Shown piece by piece: positions 24,601-37,225 of a DNA stretch of 64,000 nt; the first letter of the stretch is position 1, and each line of letters begins with the position of its first letter. Below the pieces are notes generated by a model. That model worked only from the letters and a program-made list of their open reading frames with translations, did no database searches and was not told the origin of the DNA. The stretch is from Raillietiella orientalis (Eukaryota): the NCBI GenBank assembly GCA_036172245.1, contig JAYWIR010000092.1:124001-188000 (forward strand), written 5' to 3'. The translations under genes were made by a program, and so were the position numbers.

Positions 24601-27600
24601 TCAAAAAGTGTTCTTCGGCTTCTGTCAATCTTCTTCCTCTCATTTTCATTTTAACAACCAGAATAACAAGATTTAATCGAGGTAATTTTTCTTTCCAGTG
24701 TCTGCACTGGTTATGCTCCGTGAACCAAACTTCAACATGAAACCTGACGTCAGCAATTATCTTAGAACTTATGTAATGTAATTTTTCAAGTGTGCGCCTC
24801 AGCACTCTGAATAATTTAGCTGTGATAGTTCCACCCTCTTGATTAATGAATTAAAGGAATTTGATTGATCCACGTACATGTGGGAGTAAATCATTTCTTA
24901 TGCTGATGTGGTTCTGTAGCAAGAAAATCTGCGATGGCTCTAGACATCTGCTAAAACATCTGCTGCAATATGAACCGGGACTTCTTGAGTCGATTCCAGA
25001 CGCGTGAGCTCTCATCTTCGTGTTGTGACGGTAGAACGCGGGAATAGAGTGTGGCTGTTGGTATGTCTGCAAATGACCTTTACCTTTCTCAAAAAATACT
25101 ACGTGTGTTCGTATGATATGAAGAGTGACTCACCTTGATCTTCCTAACATTCCTTTCATGATGCGCGTGAGTTCAGAAGGCTGGACATGCAAGATATGAA
25201 ACGTTTTGTAGTCTGCTGCTGTTGGTGTCTGCGTTGCTTGAAGCAACGGTGGCTACCCAAATTGGGCTACAAGGTCGACAATCCCCTGCTGATTTTAGAT
25301 TTAGCAATCTGACGGGAGGATGCTAATTGTACTTTCTAACTCCAAGAAGTGACATATCTGGTCAACACTGCATCGAGACGTGGGGTCCTGATTTTGATGA
25401 TCCTCGTACAACGAACTGCACAGTGGATGTGACGGTAGAGTTATATTGTACCTCCTGATTCTTTACATGATTCTCTTTCAGACTGTGGACAGAGTTTCTC
25501 GTGAAACGACGATTGCAATTGTGGGAGATCAAGAAAGCTGTTTGTGCCAAATTCAAGGAGGTCGCGGGTAAGACACTCTCTAATTTCAGAATTCGGGAAG
25601 CCTCGGCGACATATGCATTATGTTCTTGTATGCCTGTTGAGGGAGGCATGGACATGCGTTCGTGTAGTCTGGGAACCGTTATTTTATGAGGAATGCAAAA
25701 AGACTTGTAGCTAGTAAGCTGGGATCTGCTTTTGTCGGCTATGATCAGAACCGCAAAACAGAAATGCTGTTGCCAAAATTCCTTGGTTCTCACGAGGGAA
25801 CGAAAAGCATTGAAAAGGCAAAACCTTTTACTGAAAGATAATTTGCGACACAGTGGCACTTCATGAAAAAAATTTTCGGGACAGTTCATATATATAATTT
25901 GGTAGAAATTACTCCCATGGTAGGCATTCGAATAGCGCAGTCAACAGATTGATTATCGGATCAGGTTTGAGATAGCTTGCGTGATGATTGTTTCTAGAAA
26001 TCAGGGTTACCGACATTTCTAAAGGCTCCGCGGAAAACGAAAGCGATCCATTGATTGAACCTTAGTCTATGTCCGTTTTCTTCATTTTACATGTGTTTGC
26101 AATTGTTCTCATCTTATTCTTTCTTTAGCTTTTATATAATCATGTTTGTACATGTGCTCTATAAAGGAACTTATAGAAGCTCACCGGAGTTCATACATTT
26201 TGGAACCCCTTGAATCCAGTTGAACACCTCTAATCGAAATGTAAACACAGAAATTCAACAAATCCATAAGTAAAACAAAACTCTTGCTTACGTCAGAACC
26301 GATGTACTACAGAGACGTTGAAACGACCTCGAAATACGACTGGGTTCCGTTTCAATTTCTCCATCGTACATCGGTTCTATTTCTAGGTCCGACTGCACAT
26401 TTGGCTAACAGATGCAAAGAAAGAAACCGACGGCAATACTGTGCATGCAATGCAAACGTTGGGTGTGTCAAACACCTTTCATTCCGCTCATGTTCTGTTC
26501 CAGGAGCTTACCGTATGAAACAAAATTGCCCAAAACCACACCTTTTCGTTTGGGCTGCTCTTTTAACGAAGGCGGCTGGTGCGGCGTATTATTAGCGTTT
26601 TCCACTCCATCAGGCGAACAGAAACCTAAATAGAAGTGGAATATACGTTTGCGTCTCCATAACGTGCAATAAAGCATATATTGCCTAGATGTTCGTTTTT
26701 GATTCACACCATAAAGATGAATTCAAATCAGGTCACCTGAGAAGTTTGTTTAGAAAATAAAGCTTATTGTCTGTGTCATGACGTTCGATCCTGCTGCGTT
26801 ACATACATCTGCGAGCAGGAATTCGATAGAAACTAGCAATAGGCATGGAAACATCTCTGCGGCGGCACGGCAGAAACGTAGACGAAGAAAAACATAGATA
26901 GAGGCTTAAAAATGGGGAGTTTGGGCAAGGGACAGCCTTGTGTCGCAGAATATTATCTGCGATCCCTTAAACGTGATGGTGAGTTTCCGTTTCATCAATC
27001 CCAGTTGGAGGTATTTTGACGGTGCCAGATGAAGAGAACAGCGGCAGTGATGCCTTCAGTTTCGTTTTAATGTCCTCTACTCTTGCTGCAAACAGTCGCG
27101 GTCCTGACACGGAGGCAGCAAAGTGCCGCTAAGGATGCGGACAGCGCAAAGACATGGAGATGAACCGCAAAACGTATTCGCAGTTTCCGCAAATATTCGA
27201 AGGGACCTCTCCCGTTAATGCACACCTCAAGAGGCAATTGGGCCGGATAGTGATCTTGATGGTGAGGAAGATGTACCCACTCTCCACAGCTTGCAAGCAC
27301 ACCCGTGTCCAGTGATACCATCGGGGGTTGCACGGATGGCCTTAGTGCAGTAGCATGAGTGCCGACTTCTGTCACGTTAAAGAAAAGATGCTGGAATTCA
27401 TGTGCTCAGAGTTACTGCAGATCTCTCGCCGCAATTCTTTGTTGCACACTTTAACATATAAGTTCACGATTTCCACCATTTTTACTCGCAGAGTTGGTGT
27501 TCTAGAAGGTGCTTCAATTTCTTAAGTGTCTTCTTCTTTTGCGGTTTTCACAGTAACTACCCATCTTGTTGTATGGCGAATGTCCGTGTGCTGCTTAAGG

Positions 27601-29881
27601 GAGATTGGCTTGCTGGCGATTCAGAACTTGCACCCAACGCATCCTTTGCAGGAACTTCGAGGACCTTTCAAAGGATGGAGTTGCGTTACGCACGCAGAGG
27701 ATACATTGCTTCCGTTCACGTTTGGCTATCGGTTTATCGCTCACGTGTAAACGGCTTCCTGGAATCAGATCCTTCCGTTGATAGGGCAGCACGGGTTCTA
27801 TTCCTGCTGCACGTACTCAGTCGTTTGCGATCGCATTTAGCACATTTCTAAACTTCCTCGCCTCTCATTCTATCGCACTGTAGCATGGCCGTTTAAAGCT
27901 TTGTCTGTAGTCAGTGCCGTGAATAAGTCTTCAAGTTCTCCACATGAACCTTGTTTACTTTTCTCCGTCTGTAAACGTTCAGAAGCAGAAAATTTAGATC
28001 AACGGTGCAGAGAAGATTACCACGCCGCCACTGAAAGCGATACTGTATCCACAAGCTAAAAGTACTCTAGCGAAGGACACTTTAGCTATCAAATGCATAA
28101 TTTTACATAAAATTTACAAAAAGAAACAAAAGGTTGAGAAGTAATCCTTGGTCGTGGCCATATCTCAGAGAGAAGCAAAACGTTAAATAGTCGCTCCACG
28201 TTCTTTAAACATGAAGTTCACTCACGTTACTCGAGGGTCGGATAGGTCTGTTCGGATTCCGTTTAAAAGCATGGTGCTCCGTGAAATTCATTTTCAAAGA
28301 CATAAAGACATAAAAATCAACCACTTTCTCAAGTTCCACCGCCATGATCTTTCCTTCTTGCTGGAAAGATGCATTTTGTCTTCCAGGAATGCGCGGCAAT
28401 AGAGGAAACACGGAACGGTAACTGATTTGTTCGTTAGGGGTCGTGAAAAAGTGAAGGCTAAGGACGCGATGATCACACTGTGACCCTCGACGCATCATGC
28501 ATCAGCTTGAGTATGCTAGCAAGTTGATAAATTGAATTTCGCAGATTGAGCATATTTGCCATCTTGCGGATATTTCCAGAGAACATTTCGTTGAGTGGCT
28601 GGCGCCCCTGTCAGGTTATTCTCTTCTTGCCGCTTCCATAACCACTGCTGCCATGTTCCGCATGCAGCAAGTGGTCTGTGCGCACGCGTCTGGCAGAGTG
28701 CGTCACGGGAGAAAATCCGTTCATACAGGTCTGTAGGGCTCGTATAGGCGGATCCTGAGGGCCGTCAAAAAACTTTCCCAGAGAGAGATGTAGGCAATGG
28801 TTGCTAGGAAACCCAGTACATTGTGACGACGAAGAAAAGCGTCCGGCGAATTTTGCCAGAAATACAGTTCCTTTTCCTCGTGCCGACAGTAAAACAATTT
28901 TCGTAAGCATCTCGAGGAGATGTCATCGGAAACTACTATAGAGGTTCATCGGTGGAGCAGCCCTTCTACATGGTGCACACGGTGAACAAAGCTCTCAGCA
29001 ACATAGAAAACGAGAAATACTTTTAGAAATCCATGACCTAAAAAGCCCAAAAGTCTATTCCTGGTGATATATTCCAACTACTGTTTCTTATTGGTAATAT
29101 GTGGTAACACTTCAAAACGTGCTTTTCGTATGTGATCCATTCAGGTGATTGACATTTTAGAAAGCTTGTCCTCTTCTATTTGTTTCAACTATATAGAATT
29201 TTTGTAAAAGCAGAGGTTATTTCGATTACACAAATTGATGTTTCTTTGATTGTACCGTAAACTGCTGTTTCTGGCAAAGCATTTACTGAAGAGACGGCCT
29301 GGTGTCTTCCCTGAGAAGTAAATTGGCAGATGGCACATCGTTCATTGCTATTTTCACTTCTTGCTGGGAGGCCAGCATCCAAAACGGTACTGCACTCAAG
29401 AAAAGCGTGGAGAGACGAAAACTACGTGCATGGGTGCAAACTGTTTACTATGAAATCAGCGACGCCGTTGAACTTCGATTGCAGCTGCCGGCGTCCGAGG
29501 TCGTTGTTGCACGCTAACTCAAGCCCGCATATGAACTAACACGTTCTCCTGTACAGCCCGGTCCGATTATCTGGAATGTGCTTTCCCTCTGGTAGATATC
29601 GAGAAAAGCACCGAGGAACCGTAAAAGACAGGGAAAAGACAGCAGTTGCGTGAGGTTCCCCGAAACATGCCAAGAACAGTATTCTATTAGAAGAACACTG
29701 CGTGCAAAGTGTTCAAACCATCGGTTGAAAGCATCAGAATCAACTGGTTTATTTTAAATAAAGTTTCGTGCAAGACATGTTACAAAATTTATGGATGTTC
29801 TTTTCTAGTGGGACTCTCTCCACGCTGTTTTCAGAAGAATCTGTGCCTCTTGGATAATATTTCATTCATTTGGTATCTTGA
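21671..29881. other. Lower-GC island with no recognisable LINE sequence and no long ORF
   Basis: Visibly more AT-rich than its flanks. Longest ORF is 175 aa, with no domain I can recognise confidently. Confidence 0.75.
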
Positions 29882-30395
29882 TTTTCACTCGGATAATCCG
29901 GATCTTTTATTACTAAAATTGTATTATTAAGATTATTTCTTTATCTTCTTATTTATTTTATTATTATTCGAATTTCTCAATAAACTGTATTATGAAGTCT
30001 AATTCTATTGTGTTTTTTTTGAGTCAGAACCCACAATTCTCATTTGATTTGTTACACCTGTCCTTACCGAATTGCAGGCCACTGACATGCTCTAAATGAA
30101 AGAACTATTCAGCAAAACCAGAAACAAAAACACACGTTTATCTAAGTTTTAGAGGGTAAGGGAATGAAAGGAGGGATCAAGGTATGCCACGAGAAGGCCT
30201 GTGCATCCAGTTTTGGATGTGGATAGCTGCTGGCAAAAGTTTTCTCAACCGGTGCCATCGGGTAACCGCCTCCCTTGAGATGACTGCCCAATGAATTGCA
30301 ACTCGTCTTTGGTGTCCTATCCTCTGCGGAGTCCACTTCTCCAGGATTCTGCGTATTCAGCAAGGAACTGCCGCACACTCGGCTGCTGGCAGGAC
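29882..30395 (-). mobile_element. Very old G-like LINE 3' end; left edge of the right nest
   Basis: Reverse strand reads AVPC*IRRILEKW...IHWAVISREAVTRW (compare G: AVLCCVRGIVQRW...FHWTTISLETATRW). Terminus is AATAAAAGATCCGGATTATCCGAGTGAAAA at 29882-29911. Confidence 0.75.
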
Positions 30396-30734
30396 GTTGA
30401 GAATGAGAACACGACAGAAAATGTATTTTGGGTCTCACAGCGTATTGTTCAAAATCGACGAAATTCGTTCCGACATGAGGCGCAGAACGACACCTCTATT
30501 TGGAGGTCAGGGTTGGTTTTTCTTTCACAGCATCATGCACAATTGGCATTTACAATCCCAACTGTTCCTTTTGCAATCGGATGTGTTCTGTCATGTCTTC
30601 GCGAACTGGTGGTTGAGAAGGTTTTTTTTTGGAGTGCGTGTGGTGTATGGAACTGATGGTGCACCATTCCAGCGATGCATGAATACAGTGCAATTTAGAT
30701 CAGCAAGGAAGAAACGATTTGCCCTCCTCCAGAA

Positions 30735-32160
30735 TTGGAAGTGGGGTCATCCACCCCCATGGAATGCAAAGCACCCATCCCATCGGTATCTAGGGTAACT
30801 TCCACTGCGCAACATACTCCGCCACCGGCGATGTGCTGGAGCTCATTGGTTGCAGTTCCATCGCGGCAGAAATCGTCAAACACACAACCTAGAATGCCAG
30901 AGGCTACAAGCCGTCTCTGGTCCACGAGATAGGTAATTTCATTGATGATAACACTGCACGTTCGTATAAATGGGAACTTTTGAGGTTGAAATTGTGAGAG
31001 AAAACCCTTGAGAGTTTCTAGTCCATAGTAGAGGTTAGCGAGTCGAACTGATTTGCAAAGATGGAAGTCTGGCGCAGCGCTTACTAAAAACTCCCAATAC
31101 GATGCACGTTCGCAAGGTCTTCAATGTGTCGGAGGATCTTTCAGTTGTCGTCCATTTCACAGGAGTGGCAGCGCTCATGCGCCAAATTGAGGACCATGCG
31201 GATTTATCGTAACACGTTACCGTAATTGCGCTATCAAACAACGTCTACGTCTTATAGGCATAGACAGGGCTGTTTTGTGGATGACTGCAGCGCATGTCAC
31301 ACTGCCTCAGAATGGTAGATTGCCTCACAAGCTAAACATCCGCAACGAAAACGTCGATCTGTGGTACGTTTTCATATCTAATGATTGTGGGCAATGTAAC
31401 GCCACAGGTCATCTGCCAATACGGTGCACTAATATCCAATGCAACTTGTACAGCGAGAACAGAAACCATCGCACGATGTACCCTGAACTCGAAACTCCGC
31501 ATCGGCCCGCTGCCAAAAAGGCAATAATGAAAGGCATATGAAACAAAAAAATGCCGACAGTATAAAATGAGAAGGCTGGAACAAACCAGACGCCAGTTTC
31601 TAAAGCCTCACAAAAACATCAGAACGAAAATCCCCAAAGCAAGCTAGGTACCTCAGAACCGCTCGCTCCCGGCACCAGCCACATACACGGTAAACGCACT
31701 GCGTTCTTTGAAGGCCCGCGGCGAGACTGGTTGGCCAAAGCAGGTTGGTGGCGGACGCATCAGATAGTGGGAGACTTGAACGTCCGCCTTCTTTCTGGAG
31801 CGACCGACTTAAGAGCACAATTAGTCAATGTGTGCTGCGATGCACGCGCGCAACTTGTTGGCCGATGAAGGCGATGTGACAAACACAATCAACCACGTGT
31901 TCTTCGAAAACCACCTGTGCACGCGGGTGGTGACTCGAGGAGCACTCTCGTCGGAGCTGTCCGATCACCCTCGGCAAGTGCTCACCATCCATCAGCGCGA
32001 CAGAGGTCCACCCTCCGAAGCGTGGCGCCTGCCGGGAGACTGGTTGCCACTAGCAGGAGCGCGCGAACTTCTGCATGCATTCCTGCGCGGTTGCGACCTG
32101 CAAACTCTTGCTGACTGAGATAAAATAAAACGCTCCGTCCGAGATTTCTGAGACCAGTTT
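30735..32160 (+). mobile_element. Old degenerate LINE (ORF1 and EN remnants)
   Basis: GYKPSLV, VELICKD..LAQRLLKTP, LPHKLN...VDLWYV, CGQCNATGH; then SELSDH...AWRLPGDW. The 5' boundary is uncertain. Confidence 0.82.
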
Positions 32161-34595
32161 CTGGACAAAAGCTCGGCAGGTTGGCCAGCGTCAGCCTGTA
32201 CGCCCTCTCCACCAACTCAAAGAAGATGCTGAAGAGCAACGGAATTGAACTGTTGCCCTGCCTGATGTTCCGCCGCACCGGCACGCCGTACACGTGGCAG
32301 CCGCTGAAAGAGATGTAAATGAGCGCGTGGCGCCAGCAAGCGCGCAAATACGCCACGAGGTGCACCGGGAATACACGTTCTTGTTGCCCGGAGCGTACAC
32401 GTTTGTGACGATTAAGTCGATTGAGTCGGACCAGCTGAGAGTCAGCTGACCGACCCGACCCGTCATCATCGAAGCGTACGCCCTTCACGGCAGCGTCGAT
32501 GACCGGCTTCACGAAGAACGCGACCCCACAAGTGTTGCGGGCGCCGCATCGCCAATACAGTCGACCCCCCGCGATCGTCTCGATCTCCTAGACGTGCGCC
32601 GCAAAGATCACGTGGATCTCCTGTAGCAGGGCCAGGTCGAACTCACGCAGGGTGTCGGCTGTGTCTCGCCTGTTGCCGTCGTCGCTCAGCCCGTTGACAT
32701 TCCAACAGGCCACGCGAATCCGGCGGCGACTTGCGAGCCCAGGTGCTTATCCTGGGAATTTGGCACTGCTGCGCCGCCACCTGTTGGGGCGGGACGCTAG
32801 GAGGAGAAGGGGCAGGTGCATCGTGCACCAAGTCCCCTTCCTCAGGGGGTGCCAGTGTTTCGGGCGGCTCCACCGAGGGAGGTGTCGCGCTTACCTGGTC
32901 GTCCTCCTCCATAGGGGCGGGATTCTCGGGTTCGCCGCATGCAGAGGTAACTTCGACCCCCTGCTCACTTTCCATTATAGGTGTCGCCTGCACGCCGGCT
33001 TCCGGGTGCGGGAGACAGTGCTCTGGGATTTCCACGCACCGTCGGCTTCCAGTGTTTTCACTTTCTCCTCCTCGCTTGTGGACCGAAGGCGCCTCCTGGG
33101 CTTTTGGGACTTGCGTCCCTCTTTCCGAGCTGGGGCCTCCGCGGAGGAGGATAAACTTCCAGCCCCCGGGTCTGACTCAGCTTCGGGGGCCTTCTTCACT
33201 GGAGCCGGCCTTTGCACGCCCTTTCGAGAGGGGTTCTCTCGCTCGGCGAGCGTCGCCGCGAGCTCCTCCGCGGCCTTCACGGAGGCCGCGTCCTCGCTGT
33301 CGGAGCGCGCGTCTGGCGGCTTGCCCTCGGAACCGACAATAGGCTCGTCCTGGCGAGTATCGATCACGGTCTCAACAGGTTTTTCTGCTCCGTCGCCGCA
33401 GGTGACCTCGGCAGGAACGACGTCCCGCTCCAGGGTCACCGAGCACTCACGGAGTGCGTTATCGCGCGGCGCGGCTTTTTTCTTTTTCCCGGCCTGCTTT
33501 CTCTCCGTCTTTTTTTCCGACGTGATGACCATCTCTTTTTTCTCCTTCCTGGCCTTAACCAGCTGCCAACCCTCCTCCACTTCCGCGTCTACGGGAGTTC
33601 TTTCCTCCGACTCCTGTACGGGAGGAAGGGGAGCTGGCAGTTGGGAGCGGCCATTTTCGCGCGCTGGTCTTTCGACCAGCTTTCCGCGTTTACCCTAAGC
33701 CTTTTTGGATGCAGGGGGCACCGGGGTGGGGCGCTTGGGGCACTCGCGCCGAACGTGACCCTTTTCCCCGCATAAGTGGCACACAATGTTCGGGCACCTC
33801 CTACGTAAGTGCCCTACTGCATTGCAGTAGCGACAAAAGCGGGGTTTCCCAACGTACCAGAGGTCTACCGCTTCTTTGCAGACCTCCAGTTTGTGGGGCA
33901 GAGCACCACTGTCATTCACTGTGACACGCGCTGCGGCCTGGCTCCCGAAAAGGCTATTATAGCCTTGGATAATCGTTGGCTTGGGCCACAACGCGTGCAC
34001 TTGACCGTGTTTTCGCAATTCCTCACTAACCGCAGAGCAAGTCTTGCGGCTAGTGATGCAGGTGAGATGGACTCCTACGGAGCGGTCCATCGTAACCGGC
34101 AGGATCTTGTGACCCTCCACGACCAGCGGGGAACTGATCAAGCGCTGGGCCAAGGTGATGTTTTTACACACCACCTCGACGCGCTGATTTCCGCTCAGAA
34201 TGCAGAGGCCGTCAAGGTCTTCCTCGCGAATATTCGCGTCTTGAAGTGCCTTCGAAAAGGCGCGCGCACTGCAGCCATCAAACAGGTTACCTACCTGGTA
34301 AACCAGTGATGGTTTATAAACAGAGGTCCCGTATGCCGCCTGTTCAGACTGTCAACGCACTAAGCGCGGCCACAATGGCGCTCCACGTTCTCGCCTTTGC
34401 CGGCGGGGATGATTCCGGGGCAAATGCTTCTGATTCTGTAGGCTGTGGGTGTGGACAAGCCTCCCCCACACCTTTCTCCATCGTGGTGTCCTCAGACATC
34501 GCTGCCATCGTACACCAACGACGTGATGCAGACACAAAACTCAGGTAAACCGCCCTTTCAACTCACTATCGTAGCGCTGAAAAGACACGTCCGCC
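32161..34595 (-). mobile_element. Family B LINE 5' half with internal deletion (ORF1 34508-~32747, EN start, RT scrap)
   Basis: GGCGGACGTGTC 5' motif; CRYCNAVGHLRRRC and CHLCGEKGHVRREC; NVYAP joined directly to an RT piece at ~32376. Confidence 0.92.
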
Positions 34596-34605
34596 TTCGG
34601 AGTGA

Positions 34606-36310
34606 TTTCCACCAGGGAAATCCCGGAGCGTTTATCGAAAAAACATTCCACAAACGTGATACCAGAACCCACTAACGGCCACACAACACCGGACCTGCCG
34701 GGACGCCAAGACGCAGCCCGACGTGGCTCTCTTCGGCAGTGGAAGGGATGGGGGAGAAAACAAAAAGAAAAATAAAAAGTAAGGACAACAAAAAGAAGTC
34801 GGAGGGCTGGGAAGGGATCACTGTGCACTGGGAGGAGAGCTCATCCTTCGAAGGAAGCCCTTTAAGTCCATTCGAATTGTACCAAGCTGGAGATATCCAG
34901 AAGCTTTCTTCAGGAAGCGAACAGCATACGAGATGACGTCCCTATCGTTCTGGTCCACATCTTCGTAGCGTGTATCACTTTACGCCGCCACGATGCCACG
35001 GATGCAGCATAATGCTGCCACGGCTGCGACTGGCTGCAGGGAGTCCCGCACGAAGAGGAGGCGGAAAACGTCTCTGGGCGCGCTGCCCTTAGGGAGCCCT
35101 AGGGTAGTTTCAAACCGTTCCTACAGGGGTAGCAGGGCAGCACAGTCAACAAGAAGGTCGGATAGCGATTCCCTCTCCCCACACCGGGCACACTCAGGAT
35201 TTACTCTCCACCGGGTCCAGTGGAAGCTGCGCGCGTTACAGGGCACGCCCCAATGCAACGTCAGCAGCGCCGACTCTTGCCACTTGAGGGGGAGAATCCT
35301 AGCTCAATTCAAACCGGGGGCCACTTCAAGTCATCCGTCGGGATGCCGAGCAGCTCGACCCATCTTGCAAGTCATCGCGGGAGGGCACTCGGGGTCGTGG
35401 CATCCGCCAGTTCTCCCTTGGTCCAACCGTTTAAAATCTTCTGTCGTCCTGAGATGCGGCAGAAGACTTGCCACTTCGGCTTCCGACCGCTGGTAAGAGC
35501 TCTATACAGAAAGGGCAGCGCCGCAGCTAAAGGGGTGGTCTCCGCTTACGTGCTTATGGCGGGACACAGCAAAGTGGACCGTAGAGTGCAGCAACCGTTA
35601 CTCCTGAATCGCAGGCGGTTCCAGATTTCCTCTCTGGTGTTGTTCAACTTTGCCCATGTTCCAACGGTTTCCTCCAACCAGGCCGAGGAGTCGGCGGGGC
35701 TGCATACTATCCAACCGTTCTATCTTACCAGGGCTTCCATGCGCTTGAGGAGGAGACCGCAACTTCTAACCTTCCGGCCGCGGCACCGAAGATAGGACGC
35801 GAGCCCATGCGTCCAGGAAACACGGCTGGCAAGGAGGCGGGCCAAAACGCTCCAAGGGTTGTTCCACAACTTCGCTACGATGGCCAAAGTGAGCCATCGG
35901 AGCTGGATTTCCAAGCGCTCTAGCGTCAGGAGACCAAGACCGCCGTCCTGACGTGGAATGCACAAGTCCCTCAGAGGTACTCGGGGACTTCCCTTGCCCC
36001 AAAGAACGATGCGAATAAGGTCCTTGATTCTCTCCTTCAACAGGGTAGGGACGGGGCAAACAAAAAGCAGGGGGCGAAAGATGGGAGCCACGAACGCTTA
36101 CCATACCCCGGCTTGCTCCAGCAAGAGAAACTTGCCCTACAGGAACGGGCCGATCGCCGACACCACTTCTTGGAGACGACCTGACCAGGCTTCTGACGGG
36201 CAGAAGTCCGACAAAGGACGCCAAGTTACTCCAGGTACCTGGCCTCGGGGATCCCCCAGGGGATCCAGTCTGGCCATCCAGCCCACGTCGCACCAACCGC
36301 CAACACCGAC
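34606..36310 (-). mobile_element. Family B LINE, 5'-truncated, complete 3' end
   Basis: RPLLFVCP, PRQDGGLGLL; B-type 3'UTR; terminal hairpin at 34606-34636. Confidence 0.9.
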
Positions 36311-37032
36311 CGCATTTTGCGGGATTTCTACTCCTTCCTATACGCCAGGAGAACACCAGAGCACTCTAGTGCGCAGCGGCTCCTGACGGAGGGTGCTCCC
36401 GCGTTAAGGGAGGGGGAGGTTCACACCATCCACCAGAAATTCACGATGGCGGAGATTGTTTCCGCCATTACAAAATTAAAAAAAAGAAGGCGCCAGGGAA
36501 AGACGGGCTGCTAGCTCAATTCTACCAACTGCTTGAGGCAGAGTTGGGCCACCTGGTGCTCAAATTATGCATGCTGATCCGTGGACGTGGGGAAGTCCCC
36601 AACTCGTTCCGGTCAGCAAAAGTACGCCTCCTCCATAAAAGAGGAGACTTGCGCAAAGTTGGCAACTGGCGTCCCATCACTGTAGTGAATGCGGACACAA
36701 ATTTGCTCGTCAAACTCTGGGTTGAGCGGTTGGGACGGGTAGCGGAACCCGTGGTCTGTCCGGAATGGACATACGCTGTTCCCGGACGAATCATGGAAGC
36801 CAATCTGTTTCTCGCCAGCACCTTTTGGCAGTTGCAACAACGCGGTGCTTAACTACGTCGAGAGGGTCCTGGACTCTCCAGTGACCGGGAGGTAGGAAGC
36901 CGAGAAGAAGATGCGGCGCCCGGAGCCCTTGCGGTCACAGTCGATTTGCGTAAACTTTCGACTGCGTCGACCAGCATCTTTTCGTTGAACTCCTAATACG
37001 CCTGAGACTTCCGGCCGTCTTCCTGGCCTATC
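36311..37032 (+). mobile_element. ORF2 RT fragment of a related LINE
   Basis: FRSAKVRLL, NWRPITVVNAD, YAVPGR. Confidence 0.88.
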
Positions 37033-37225
37033 GCAAGCGTTCCAGGAGCTCCAGGAATAGCTCCTGGTCGACGCAATCAAAAGCTTAACAGTTGAAAATG
37101 TCAACAGCGTGGGAGCGAACCGGCGGAAGCGTTCGTCATTGAGACCGTGATCGATGACACCGCCTTCGAGCGTGCGGCGGAGAAGCTGGCTGCATCGTTA
37201 AAGCCAGACCCCTACAAAGCCAGTT
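37033..37225. mobile_element. Minus-strand RT scrap (KAFDCVDQELFLELLERL, 37033-37086) joined to a plus-strand family D ORF1 scrap (37087-37225)
   Basis: The second part aligns with 48520-48655 (IDD.AF.RAAE.LAASL.P). Confidence 0.8.

Noticed and set aside
24550..27004. Two ~25-nt GT-AG intron-like strings (~24550-24574 and ~26979-27004)
   Set aside because: Splicing the second gave no convincing ORF and the first has no supporting gene model; both could be chance.
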